Positions 25,176 to 37,700 of a stretch of DNA of 64,000 bases are shown in pieces. Location: the NCBI RefSeq assembly GCF_032191835.1, contig NC_083229.1:107260001-107324000 (forward strand). Direction: 5' to 3'. Each line of letters opens with the position of its first letter. Position 1 is the stretch's first letter. The notes below the pieces were generated by a model, which was given only the letters and a program-made list of their open reading frames with translations, ran no database searches and was not told the origin of the DNA. The position numbers and the translations under genes are program-made. Source of the stretch: Heteronotia binoei (Eukaryota).

Positions 25176-25469
25176 TAACTAACTTTGGTTAGCTGATTGT
25201 CTGAAATGGCAGCTCTCTCCACTATGGTTAGTTAGGATTCATCAAACTAGTTTCAGAAAGCAGGATCTGCAGTTGATTTATCTAGCTTATCAAAACTTTT
25301 GTTTTGAGAGATGTACAAATACAGACATCCTGGCTTCCATCTGAATTGGTTCCCTTCAAGGACACAAAGAATAGGCAATGAAACCAGCATCTGTCAAGGT
25401 AAATCAGAATTTCAGTGACAGTTTATGCAGCCGGGATTCAGCTCAAGTTCAACTGGTTTTGCATAAACT

Positions 25470-25695
25470 GAAAGCCAGCACAGTGTAGTGGTTGGACTCG
25501 GGTTGCATTAGGATCTGAGTGACCACAGTTGAAATCTCCACTCTGCCACGAAGCTTGCTAGGTGACCCTGGGCACTTTCAGCCTGACCTCTTTAAGTGGG
25601 TTGTTGTAAGAGTAAAATGAAGGAGAGGAGACCAATGTATACTGCCCTGATATCCCTGGAGGAACGGCTGGGTAAAAACGTACTGAATAAATAAA
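25470..25695 (+). mobile_element. MIR-like SINE, old
   Basis: AGCCAGCACAGTGTAGTGGTT...GGTGACCCTGGGC...GGGTTGTTGTAAGAGTAAAATG...AATAAATAAA. Confidence 0.7.
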
Positions 25696-26571
25696 CTGGG
25701 CTATATAGTATTCTATCGGCGTAAGAGATTTATTTTATAACTTTGTCCATATATTGATCAATATGAGCAGGCTTACTTTTGGATTCAAAAACCCAATAAA
25801 CAGACAAGCATTTTTTGGTTTTTAAAACTAAAGCAATCAGAAACAAATTATGCAATTTGCAAAAAAAACCCCTTTGAGCATCAGCAATGTGCCTCCCATT
25901 CTCCCCAGCTTAAATAGCAAGAATTAGAATGGTCACATTATGTCATCACAATTTTTTAAAAAGTCAAAGCACTAATCTCTATTACCCACATAAAACTCAA
26001 CCATTGACCACTCATTTTCCTGTTTTTAATGCTCCACTCAGTAAGTGCAGTATCAATGCACTCCACAGCACTCTACCCTTTTTTAAAAATTCCAAATGTT
26101 TTTGAAAGTAGTTTACCTCTTTGAGTACACACGTGAAAATAAAGTCTGCAATCCTAAGACCTCTTTCACAGAAAGCAGGCGTGCTTAGGATTGCTCTAGA
26201 GAGCAAAGAAGAAGAAAGCCGTTATGGAAAACCATTATGAGCCAAACAAAAATCAATTTCTCAACACCACTGAGCACATATAAAACACAAACATCCACAC
26301 ATATAAAACACCAACACTAACTCCTTATTCACAACTACTTCCTGGAAATTAAGTTGTTTGTTTGCAACATCATTTGAGAAACAAAATCCTAACACTTTTG
26401 TGAAATAATTTATTTCAATAGGCATAACCTGTTTGCCAAGGTTTCTGACCTAGGTTTAGTTGTCTGACTCCCGGTCCCCAAAGGTCATGTTGGAATAAAA
26501 GTATTTAAGGTGCCTCTGAATTTTGTCTTATTTTCCTACAAGACACTAACATGGAGTACCTCTTGCCATGA

Positions 26572-26985
26572 TGTCAGGGGGTGCAATGCTTGTAACCTGT
26601 AATAACCTCTGAGTGTCCAGCTTGGCTATTATCTCTTTGTTCGCACACAACACATTCTTGTGTAGGTACCATATCATGTATCTTTCCACCCTGGAGCTAG
26701 GCACTCAAGATCGTGTTCTTATCTAGTTCTTAGAGACGCTCCTAACTTGCTTCAGTCATTGGGGGTATGATGACGTGTCGTGGGGGTTAGTAAGATGATT
26801 GGTAGCTTTTGGCGCTTTTGCATTTGAACTATGTAATGGATGGACCCTGGCTATATCTATATGGGCGAGCCCCTCAGACATCAGTTTTAGCAAGATCCTG
26901 TCTGACTGTCATGTCTTGCTTATCAATAAATGCCTTTGCTGAAACTCAGGTGTGTTGATTGGTGAAGAATTTGCAGTACTTGACA
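26572..26985 (+). mobile_element. Solo-LTR-like element
   Basis: 414 bp with TGTCA...TGACA termini, a TATA-like CTATATCTATAT near 26850 and AATAAA near 26926. No matching TSD. Confidence 0.55.
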
Positions 26986-26987
26986 TT

Positions 26988-29510
26988 TGTTGATGTTCAG
27001 TCGCACAGTCGAGTCCGACTCTTTGAGACCCCATGGACAAAGTCACACCAGGCCCTCCTGTCTTCCACCATCCTCCGAAGTCTGCTCAAATTTGTGTTTG
27101 TTACATCAGTAACGCTGTCCAGTCACCTCATCTTTTGCCATCCCCTTCTTCTTTTGCCTTCTGTCTTTCCCAGCATCAGGATCTTCTCCAGTGAATGCTC
27201 CCTTCTCATTTGGTGGCCAAAGTATTTGAGCTTCAGCTTCAGCATCTGACCTTCCAGGGAACAGTCTGGGTTGATTTCCCTTAGGACTGACTGATTTGAT
27301 CTTCTTGCAGTCCAAGGGACTCTCAAGATTCTTCTCCAGCACCACAGTTCAAAAGCATCTATTCTTCTGCACTTGGCCTTCCTTATGGTCCAGCTCTCAC
27401 AGCCATACATTACTACTGGGAATACCATCGCTTTGACTATATGGACTTTCGTTGGCAGACTGATGTCTCTACTTTTTATTATACTGCCCAGGTTCGCCAT
27501 AGCTGTCCTCCTAAGGAGCAAACGTCTTTTAATTTCATGGCTACAGTCACCATCTGCAGTGATCTTGGGCCCCCGAAATGTGAAGTCGGTCACTACTTCC
27601 ATATCTTCCCCTTCTATTTCCCAAGGTGTGATGGGGCTGGATTCCATTATCTTAGCTTTTTTGATGTTGAGTTTCAAGCCTACTTTTGTGCTCTCCTCTT
27701 TCACCCTCAACAAGAGGTTCTTTAGGTCCTCCTCACTTTCTGCCATTAGAATGGTGTCATCTGCATATTTGAGGTTGTTGATGTTTTCCCTGGCAATCTT
27801 AATTCCAGCTTGTGCTTCATTCAGGGCAGCATTCCACATGATGTAGTCTGCATATAAATTAAATAAGCAGGGTGACAATATACATCCTTGTCGAACTCCT
27901 TTTCCTATTCTAAACCAATCAGTTGTTCCATATCCTGTTCTGACAGTTGCTTCTTGACCCTTATATAGGTTTCTCAGGAGACATGTGAGGTGATCTGGTA
28001 CTCCCATCTCTTTAAGGACTTGCCACAGTTTGTTGTGATCCACACAATCAAAGGCTTTAAAGTAGTCAATGAAACATAAATAGACATTTTTCTGATACTC
28101 CCGTGCTTTCTCCATAATCCAGCAAATGTTGGCAATTTGATCTCTAGTTCCTCTACCTCTCCGAAACCCAGCTTGAACTTCTGGTAGTTCTTGATCGACA
28201 TACTGCTGAAGCCGAGCTTGTAGGATCTTTAGCATGACCTTGCTGGCATGTGAAATGAGTGCAATGATGCGATAGTTTGAACATTTCTTGACATTACCCT
28301 TCTTTGGGATTGGAATATAAACTGATCTTTTCCAATCCCGTGGCCACTTTTGCATTTTCCAGACTGGTTGACATAATCTGTGCATCACTTTAACAGCATC
28401 ATCTTTTAGGACTTCGAAAAGCTCAATTGGGATACCATCATCTCTGCTCACTTTGTTGTTAGTAATGCTTTCTAAAGCCCATTTGACTTCACTCTCCAGA
28501 ATGTCTGGCTCAAGGTCAGCGATTTCACTGTCATGGTTGTCAAGTACATTGAGATCCTTCTTGTATAATTCTTCTGTGTATTCTTGCCACCTCTTCCTGA
28601 TCTCTTCTGCTTCTGTTAGGTCCCTACCATTTTTGTCCTTTATCATGGCCATCTTTGCACAAAACGTTCCCTTGATTCTCCAATTTTCTTGAAGAGAACT
28701 CTTGTCCTTCCCATTCTATTATTTTCCTCTATTGCTTTGCATTGTTCCTTCAGAAAGGCCTCCTTATCTCTCCTTGCTGTTCTCTGGAAATCTGCATTCA
28801 GTTGGGTGACTCTTTCCTTTTCACCTTTGCCTTTCGCTTTCCTTCTTTCCTCAGCTATTTGTAAAGCCTCATCAGACAGCCACTTTGCTTTCTTGCATTT
28901 CTTTTTCTTTGGGATGGTGCTGGTTGCTGCCTTCTGTACAATGTCATAAACCTCCATCCATAGTTCTTCCGGCACCCTGTCTATCAACTCTAGTTCCTTA
29001 AATCTATTCTTCACCTCCACTGTATATTCATAAGGGATGTGATCAAGGTCAAACCTGAATGACCTAATGGCTTCCCCAGTTTTCTTCAGTTTAAGCCTGA
29101 ATTTTGCAATGAGTACCTCATGATCTGAGCTGCAGACAACTCCAGGTCTTGGTTTTTGCTGACTGTAAGGAGCTTCTCCATCTTTGACTGCAAAGTATAT
29201 AATCAATCTGATTTCTGTGTTGCCCATCAGGTGATGTCCATGTGCAGAGTCACCTTTTAGGTTGTTGAAAGAGGGTGTTCGCTATGACCAGCTTGTTCTC
29301 TTGACAAAAATCTATTAGCCTTTGCCCAGCTTCATTTGTTCTCCAAGGCAAAACTTGTCAGTTGTTCCGGTTACCTTCCCACTTTGGCATTCCAGTCCCC
29401 TATGACGAGGAGGACATCTTTTTTTGGTGTTAATTCTAGAAGGTATTGTAGATCTTCATAGAACTGGTCCACTTCAGCCTCTTCTGCATCAGTGGTTGGG
29501 GCATAGACTC
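26988..29510 (-). mobile_element. BovB (RTE clade) LINE, 5'-truncated and inactivated
   Basis: EN remnant (VYAPTT, GDWNAKVG, SDHEVL) and RT (GKGVRQGCILSP, YADDT) in ORFs 28643-29227 and 27123-28652. Frameshifts near 29150 and 28660, and a premature stop at GWQKMR*. BovB-type 3' end GAGTCGGACTCGACTG...CTGAACATCAACAA. Possible 6-bp TSD GACATT (26982-26987 / 29511-29516). Confidence 0.95.
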
Positions 29511-30277
29511 GACATTACCCCTCTGGAATTGTAAAATTTACTTCCATTTTAAAATAAAATTTTAAAAATTGGAATTGGCTTTACTTAAAAAAAAATTATT
29601 TATTGCCTCTGTCCCCAGTCTCACTAAAGCTGGTCATTAAGACCCCTTGAAACCAACAGAGCAAGTTAATTACAATTCATGCTGCTTTTAATGGGACTTA
29701 ACTGTGACTAACTAGAACTGGATTTGGTCCTTTGGTTCATTAAATGTCCCAAGCCCCGATTTAATCCCTAATGAGCTATTCAAGGTTGACCCACAATGGT
29801 GGGCTACAGTACTGGACCCAGTTTTTACCTTAATTAATTCAGCTGGGCAGATGCCTGATTCATGGAGACACTCGGTCACAGTCCTGATACTCAAAAGGGG
29901 GGATATGAGTGGCTCTCGACCAATTAGCCTTCATTATAAAAGCTGTATTCCTCTTACTTAAGAAGCCTCCACAATGGATGGACTCAGAAGCTGTATTAGG
30001 CCATGAGCAGATTGGTTTTAAGTGGGGCTCTTCAACATCCTATACCACTTGGCTGATAAATAAAGGGGGGGTTATATGAGGTCACTCAAAGTCTATAATT
30101 GCTCCAAACTGTAGAGTAAATATTGAGTACTCTTTTTCAATAATGGGAGTGTTCCTAATCCATTTTTTTATAGCAACCAGAGACGCATTTCATGTCAGAG
30201 GTTTTAGAAAGGGAAGAAGGCAAACTTTAATTCTGGTAAACTAATATTTAACATTGCAGTCTCAAATCTCCCACCAA

Positions 30278-30779
30278 TAGGGCTGCCAATCCCCAGGATC
30301 CATGTGGATCTCCCACTTTGGAGGCCCTACCCCCACTTCAGGGTAATCAGAAATTTGGGCGGGGGGAAAATGTCTGCTGGGCACTCCATTATTCCTTATG
30401 GAGACTAATTCCCATAGGGTATAATGGAGAATTGATCTGTGGCTATCTGGGGCTGGGGGGCCCCCTGTTTTTTGAGATAGAGGCACCACATTTTCAGCAT
30501 AGCATTCAGTGCTTTCCCCTAAAATACTCTCCAAGTTTCAAAAATATTGGACCAGGGAGTCCAATTCTATGAGCCCCAAAAGAAGGTGCCCCTAACTTTC
30601 ATTATTTCCAATGGAGGGAAGGCATTTAAAACATATGCGGTCCCTTTAAATGTGATGGCTAGAACTCCCTTTGGAGTTCAATTACGCTTGTCACAACCTT
30701 GCTCCTGGCTCCACCCCAATGTCTCCTGATTCCATCGCCAAAGTCCCCAGATATTTCTTAATTGGACCTGGCAACCCCA
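30278..30779. mobile_element. TAGGG-TIR hAT MITE
   Basis: TAGGGCTGCCA / TGGCAACCCCA. TSD CCCACCAA / CCCACCAG (7/8). Homologous to 10270-10722. Confidence 0.88.
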
Positions 30780-31253
30780 CCCACCAGTAAGACTTAAGAC
30801 TGCAGGGTATGTGTTTGTGTCTGAAATGCATCCAGAGGACTGATGTTAGGGCATTTTATCACTTTTCCCCTTCTAACAGTTTTCCTTTGTGGCAGATTTC
30901 TTGTGCTGTCTATGTTGGGGGTTGGACTACAGTCTTGGTGGATGCCCCTGCATTCTGAGAGTGAGTTGTTAGCCTCCCTTTCCCCCACTAAGCTTTCTTC
31001 CGGATGACTCTGCTCTGGAGGGAAGACAGTTTAAGCAACTAACTCATGCTCCTGTTTCTCTTTTGGAGCAATGAGGAAGTCCTTCTTGGCCTGTGGTTGA
31101 CTTGTTTTGCTTTAACAGCAGTCCTTTCCCTTTAATATCACAAGGAGAGGAGTTTCACAAGTAGTTTGTGTTAGGGCAGTGTCATCAGATACTCAAAGAA
31201 AACAAGAAACAAATTAATGGGGCTAGCACAAGGCAACGGAAAGAAAATAATAT

Positions 31254-31476
31254 GCAGAAGAAGAAGAATTGCAGATTTATATCCCGCCCTTCTCCCTGAA
31301 TCAGAGACTCAGAGCGGCTTACAATCTCCTGTATCTTCTCCCCCCACAACAGACACCCTGTGTGGTGGGTGGGGCTGGAGAGGGCTCTCACAGCAGCTGC
31401 CCTTTCAAGGACAGCCTCTGCCAGAGCTATGGCTGACCCAAGGCCATTCCAGCAGGGGCAAGTGGAGGAGTGGGGA
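31254..31476 (-). mobile_element. Squam3C-like SINE, 5'-truncated
   Basis: Reverse complement of the 44235-44518 body and tail, with (GAA)n. Confidence 0.88.
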
Positions 31477-31769
31477 TGTATAAAGAATATTTAGTAAACC
31501 CCTGACTTGGAAGAAGGGATGCCAGCCTTTATTAGTTCTTCCTTCTCATGCTGCCATTTCCTTCTGGGGAAGCAATCTCTATCATCTGCTGATCAGTTGT
31601 AATTCTTGGAGAACTCCAGGCTTCACCTGGAGGTTGGCAACCCTAGCTCAACTCAGACTCACTCATTACTTTAAATGTGAGTAGCTCTTCTGGCGGACAA
31701 AGCAGAATTTTTGCTCACAACACTCCACAGCTTAGAGGGAACACTGTGTGTTGAGTCCCCGATGCTAGG

Positions 31770-31990
31770 CATCATATGAACATATGAAGCTGCCTTATAT
31801 TGAATCAAACCCTTGGTCCATCAAAATCAGTATTGTCTACTCAGACTGGCAATGGCTCTCCAGGTTCTCAAGCTGAGGTTTTTCACACCTACTTACCTGG
31901 ACCTTTTTTTATTTGGAGATGCCGGGGATTGAACCTGAGACCTTCTGCTTTCCAAGCAGATGCTCTACCACTGAGCCACCGTCCCTCCCC
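31770..31990 (-). mobile_element. Squam2-like SINE, second copy
   Basis: Close reverse complement of 21882-22095. Confidence 0.88.
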
Positions 31991-32814
31991 AATCAGAATA
32001 AGGAAACAGCACAGTTTTAAACAGGAGCACAATTTAATAAATCAGGTCATTTCTTTGTGTAGTGCTACAGTGACAACCAACTCCATTCTCCTTGCTTGTC
32101 CTGCCCCACTAAACCCTGGAGTGTACTACTGAAGTCTAAAACACTGGCCCAGATTAAAGGAACAGAGTTGTCAAAAACACCACATTGGTCAAACCTACCT
32201 TCCTGGTAAATCCTAGTGAGTGGAAAACATATTTAGTATATCTGACAAAGGAAATCCTTATTCCAGGTCTGTTGAGTTTGACCAGCAACAGAGACTGGAT
32301 CCATGAGATTTACCAAATTCCACCTTTCACTCTCTGCATGGAGATGATTGGGTGGAGTTGGCGGATATGGATGACTTTACTTCTGCTATAGCAGTTAAGT
32401 CTCCTCAAAGGTCTTGGAGCATTACACTAACGCTAACTTTTCATACCTTCAATTTGAGCTGTGCACGATTACATTTCACAGCTAAGGAAACCGGGGTTAA
32501 AAAAGGTTAGTCACATCCGTCTTAAATTTCCTTAGCCATCAATCATTTCAGCTGCTCTGGGGGATAAAGAGGCTATGAGGAACATCTAAGGCAGTAAGAG
32601 ATCAGCAGCAGCACATGATATACAAGCCAACGCAAGTACTTATATGTTCCTGCTACCAACGTCAATATTAATAAGTTCTTAACTGTAACACCTAATATGT
32701 CATGGATTGTTGCTAGGGGAGAATTCAAATCACGTCTACAGCACACCAGTGACCATGTTGGAACTTTACGCATCACATTAGCAAAAGTATTTCTGTGACC
32801 ATGAAGACTTAGAA

Positions 32815-33430
32815 CAGGGGTGTCGAACTCATTTGTTATGAGGGCCGGATCTGACATTAATGAGATCTTGTCGGGCTGGGTCATGTGTGTCATAAAATGT
32901 AATGTGACATAGTGGAGATATAAACTTTATAAAGGACACAGATAAATACAGTTAAAGATTTTTTAAAAACTTAAAATAGTCTTAAAAGGTCAGCACTCTT
33001 GCAATATTTTGTTTATTTAACAGTCTCTGATAGCTGACACCTCTTGCTCTTTATTACTGCATCAAAATCTGGAGACAATGTCTGTGTTACAGCACTCTTA
33101 TGCCGTTCAGGTGTGTATCTATAAATTGTAAACCTACTTTTAATTTATTGACATTCATTACAGAAATCTCATGGTCAATGCTTTGAGCCCAAGACCCAGG
33201 AGAAAACATGAAACGGCTGGGCATTGTGAGCTTTTGTACATAAATTGTTCCATGTGCTGGTCAGCCAATGGAGAAATAGAAGCTTTGCTCTGTAGTTCCT
33301 GTGCAATTCAGCAAGCCTGGCAAAGCAAGCGAGAGAGAAGGAAGCAGATGACAGTGAGTTGCTCATGGGCCTGACGAGCTCTTGGGGGGGGGGCTGATCT
33401 GGCCCTCGGGCTGCACATTTGACACCCCTG
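32815..33430 (+). mobile_element. CAGGGGTGTC-family hAT element
   Basis: TIRs CAGGGGTGTCGAAC / ATTTGACACCCCTG. Perfect 8-bp TSD ACTTAGAA. Confidence 0.92.
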
Positions 33431-33676
33431 ACTTAGAATCTGAAAATTCTAGCTTCCAATTAAAAGAAGTAACAAGGCTGTACAAGTCTATTGTTCATTC
33501 CTGCTAGGGGAAGGCTGAACAGAGACAGTGAAATATGAAAGTACCGTCTAATGAGACAGGCCATTGGTCTGTCTCCCACTTATGTGTATAGTTTATTTAT
33601 TTTATTTAATTGAATTTATATCCTACCCTCCCTGCTAAAGCAGGCTCAGGGCAGCTCACAACATGTGGCATACACT

Positions 33677-33864
33677 CAGGGCTTTTTTGGTAGAAAAAGC
33701 CCAGCAGGAACTCATCTGCACATTAGGCCACACCCTCTGATATCACCAATGTTTCACATGGGGCTTTTTGTAGAAAAAGCCCAGTGTGAACTTATTTGCA
33801 TATTAGGCCACACCCCCTGACACCAAGCCATCCGGAACTGCGTTCTTGCTCAAAAAAAGCCCAG
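33677..33864. mobile_element. CAGGGCTTTTT-family MITE
   Basis: Termini CAGGGCTTTTTT / AAAAAAAGCCCAG. TSD CATACACT / CATACAAT (7/8). Confidence 0.85.
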
Positions 33865-34799
33865 CATACAATAAAACATTTACATTAAAAAGCATTAAAA
33901 AACAGTTTAAGAATAATTTGGTGCTAGTTTCAGTACAGATTAAGATGGCGTTCAATGATTTTAAGCATCCACTAGATCTAACATCTCGGTAGTCCAGTGC
34001 TCTTCCTGTGACGAGAGATCCTTTTAACTCATCACAGCAAGGACCAACCCCAGTGTATAATACATAAAACTCTTCCAGTTAACCCTGTCCCTCAAGGAAA
34101 GCAAAGAGAAAACTATTTGCACCAGGAAATTACCATTTCATGAACCAGACCTCTGGTCCCTAGTCTCATACTCTGTGTGTTCTGAGAAAAAGTCCACCAG
34201 AGATCTTTTACACCAAAAATACACTAAACCAGAGACTTTCTATATGTAAAGCAATCTAAGCCCTTCCTAGTGAAAGATGAAGAAATAAAAGGATTTATGA
34301 GAAACAATTACAAAGCAAACAGCTACTAGTTTCAAAGTAGATTACCAGTTTAAACTAGCTTCAAAGAAGATTTCCAGCAACCTAAGGCATGAAGTTCGTT
34401 GAAGATAAGATTTTAAACAAAGAATTCTCAGCCCTTCATCAAACTACAATTCCCAGGATTTCACAAGATTCTGTGGTTACTGAAGTGGTAGGAAATTAGG
34501 GAAAGGTTGTAATATAAGGTTTTTTCCTTCCCAAAGAGAAAAAGGCACTGGAAATCCATAGTCCTCTCTGAATGCACAGTGATGAGAGTTAAAAATTCGG
34601 TTTTTGGACTTCAGTTGTGAATGCTGCATTGGTGAAGTCTAGCAGCACCTGATTCAGATGTGAACCTGCTTGTAAAGGAGGTTTGGGATCTCAAGAGTTC
34701 CATTTGGCTACTGATACCCTGATACTCATATAGCAGGCTTGCGAACATCATGGCTGAACTTCCACTTTGGAAATCTATGGAGCCAAGCCGGATCAGCCT

Positions 34800-37700
34800 C
34801 TCTTCCAAGATGGCGGCGGCGGTAGAAGCCTAGACGCTAGGGCTCCCGCCGACAATCAAACTTAACTGAAGGATTAACAACTTAACTTGACTAGACTACA
34901 GCGACTAAATAACAACAAATAACAACAAAGAACTAACAATTTAAAGGCTAATAACGAACGAACGTGGAGCCCACCGGTGATTAGCGGAGGCAGAGACCGG
35001 GTTGGTGTTGAGGCGGAGGAAAGACGCGCTCGCGGGCCGCCGTGCGGGGAGCCCGGCGAGGGGAGCTTGGTGAGACTGCGGGTTGCAGGCGGAACGGAGC
35101 TACGGACAGTGGGCTATGGAGGCTGGAGGCTTTGGGAGGCAGGAGGTTGCTGCGATTTAGAGGCAGGAGCGGCCCGGCTAGAACGCCGAGGACGAGCTGT
35201 GGGCGTCGGCCGAGAGCTACGACGAGCGGAGGCTAGGAAACGACGGCGAGGCTGGGCGAGAGGAGAACACGGAGGCTCGTCCCTAGGGCGTTTTCGATCT
35301 CCGCCCTCACTTCCCCTACTGTTTCGGGGCTTCGGACGCCCTGACTCTCGCCCCCCCCCTCGCTTCCTCCTGCTCCTTACTCCTGCTCCCTCCACCTTCG
35401 CTCGCCTTCCCCTCCATTTGTCCCGCCCCCACCGACGGACGTGGTCTGAAGCGGCGGATCCAACGGCTTGGTTATTTCCCAGCGGAGAGGCCCTGTACGG
35501 GGCCCAGGGGAACCCAAGAGCCTGCCGGCCACAAGAGGAGAGGAATATGCTCAATTACCGACTGCACTGGTATCTGCATTCTGCCAACATTCTATCAACC
35601 GCACTTTACCAGCTGCACGTATTAACTGCACTGACTTCTGCACTTTATCAACATCTAAGACTGAATACGATTTTAAATCCTACAACCCAGAGACAATATA
35701 TACTGCCACCCCTAAGGACTAGAACTTGAGTTAAATGACTGCTAGCTGCTAATGGAATTTACTAAAGATATTTATTAATTAATTTATTGGATTTTTAGCC
35801 AATTAATTAGTGATTGATTCCTACAATATATTTATATATATCAATTTATATGTAATTATATTTATAATTTCAGCACATCAATTGGTAAGGGGGAGGGATG
35901 GTCTGTTTATTAATGGTGCTGAAATTGATCAATTTAATATTATACTAGTTAATTGGAAGGGAAATTGAGTGGATTACTAAATTAATTACTTATGATAATT
36001 GGTTAACTGGCAGCAAGTATTGGAAGAACAGACAGGGGAGGATAGAGTGAAAGCCAGGTGAGGATAATTGGGAACAACTGTGAGGAGTATACTGCGAGCC
36101 CACTCCAAGTGAGTGTAGATGTTGGCCCAGGGGATTCCAGTGCTCCTGGGGAGGGGAAGATATGACGGTGGGAATAGACAATTATATAAGGGAAGGAGAC
36201 AGAGACAAACCAGTGCTCGGCCACCTTCCAGTCTATTGCCCATCCCAACGGTGGCAGGTAGTGGGCCTAAGAGGAAATGCTCGTCTCCGTCACTGGTGTT
36301 ATGCAACGCCAGGTCCATCAATAACAAGACCTCAACCCTTAAGGAGTTCCTGCTTAGGCAGGACGTGGACCTGGCTTGCGTGACCGAGACCTGGGTGCGG
36401 GAAGGAGAGACAGTAGCTCTCTCCCAGATGACCCCCCCAGGTTACTCGGTCTTTCACCAGTCACGGAGTAACGGGCGGGGGGGAGGAGTGGCATTGCTCA
36501 TACGGGAGGCTTACTCCTTTAGGGCTCTCCCGGCCCCAAAGATCGATGGCATCGAGTGTGTCGGTCTGTGGTGGGATGTTGGGGAGGGGTTGGCGATCTG
36601 GCTGGTGTACCATCCGCCTAACGCACCAGCCAGCGCCTTACCATCACTATTGGAGGCAGTGGCGGGCTGGGCATTGGAGAGCCCGGGACTTATGGTCCTG
36701 GGTGACTTCAATGTCCATGTCGACAACACGGCCTCCACTCAGGCGATGGACCTAGTGTCTTCCATGGCGACACTAGGACTCTCTCAATTTGTTACAACAC
36801 CCACGCATCAGGCCGGACACACACTAGACTTGATCTTTGCGTCTGGGATTTTGGTGAACGATATCGCAGATGAAGCGGTCCCATGGTCGGATCACCTAGC
36901 CCTTAAGGCCCGTATGGAGATGCCGCCCCAACCCTGTATGGGCGGAGAGCCTATTTTGGCTCGCCCTCGGGGCCTGATGGACCCGGAACGGTTCCAAACG
37001 GCCCTGAGGGACCCTTGGCCCACTGGCGATTCCCTCGATGACCTGGTGGAAGTCTGGCAAGATCAGCTATCCAGGGTCATCGACGAAATCGCACCCCGGC
37101 GCCCTCTGCGCCCTCGTATGAAGCTGGCTCCATGGTATACCTTGGAGTTACGCCAGCTGAAGCAAGGGCTCAGACGACTAGAGAGGCGGTGGAGGCATAC
37201 TCGGGACGAAGTGACGAGAACATCCTATAGAACGTTTATGAAGTCATATGAGATGGCAGTCAAGGCTGCAAAGAAACAATACTTTGCAGCCAAGATTGCA
37301 TCTGCAAATTCGCGCCCAGCACAATTGTTTAGGGTAATTGGCGATCTTATAACACTGCCACAAGGCAAACCAAACGTTAGAGAATTGGAGATAGGCTGTG
37401 AGGCATTTGCGAAATATTTTGCAGATAAAATCTCATCACTCCGCCAAGACCTACCTATCACATTAGATACAGTAAGTCAGACTGAGGCTCCGCGCCTGTC
37501 TTCGGATTTACTGCTGGACCACTTCGACCCACTCAGCCTGGAAGAAGACCTACCTATCACATTAGATACAGTAAGTCAGACTGAGGCTCCGCGCCTGTCT
37601 TCGGATTTACTGCTGGACCACTTCGACCCACTCAGCCTGGAAGAAGTTGATGGAATTCTCTCCGCTGCTCGCCCAACAACATGTGATCTGGACCCTTGCC

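Noticed and set aside
26558-26571. 13-mer CCTCTTGCCATGA shared with the 7444 LTR, suggesting the same LTR family
   Set aside because: It lies outside the TGTCA terminus and the rest of the two LTRs do not align. Most likely coincidence.
27373-28949. Plus-strand ORFs over BovB, and minus-strand ORFs over L2 and CR1
   Set aside because: Antisense shadows of LINE coding sequence.
35114-35554. Antisense 146-aa ORF as an L1 ORF0 analogue
   Set aside because: R/S/P-rich translation of the CpG island with no independent support. It would need ribosome profiling or conservation across L2 copies.
34977-35729. 250-aa ORF as L2 ORF1 or a novel gene
   Set aside because: GTG start, low-complexity R/G/P/L composition and no esterase, PHD, RRM or CCHC motif. 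Long ORFs occur on both strands here, as expected by chance in GC-rich DNA.
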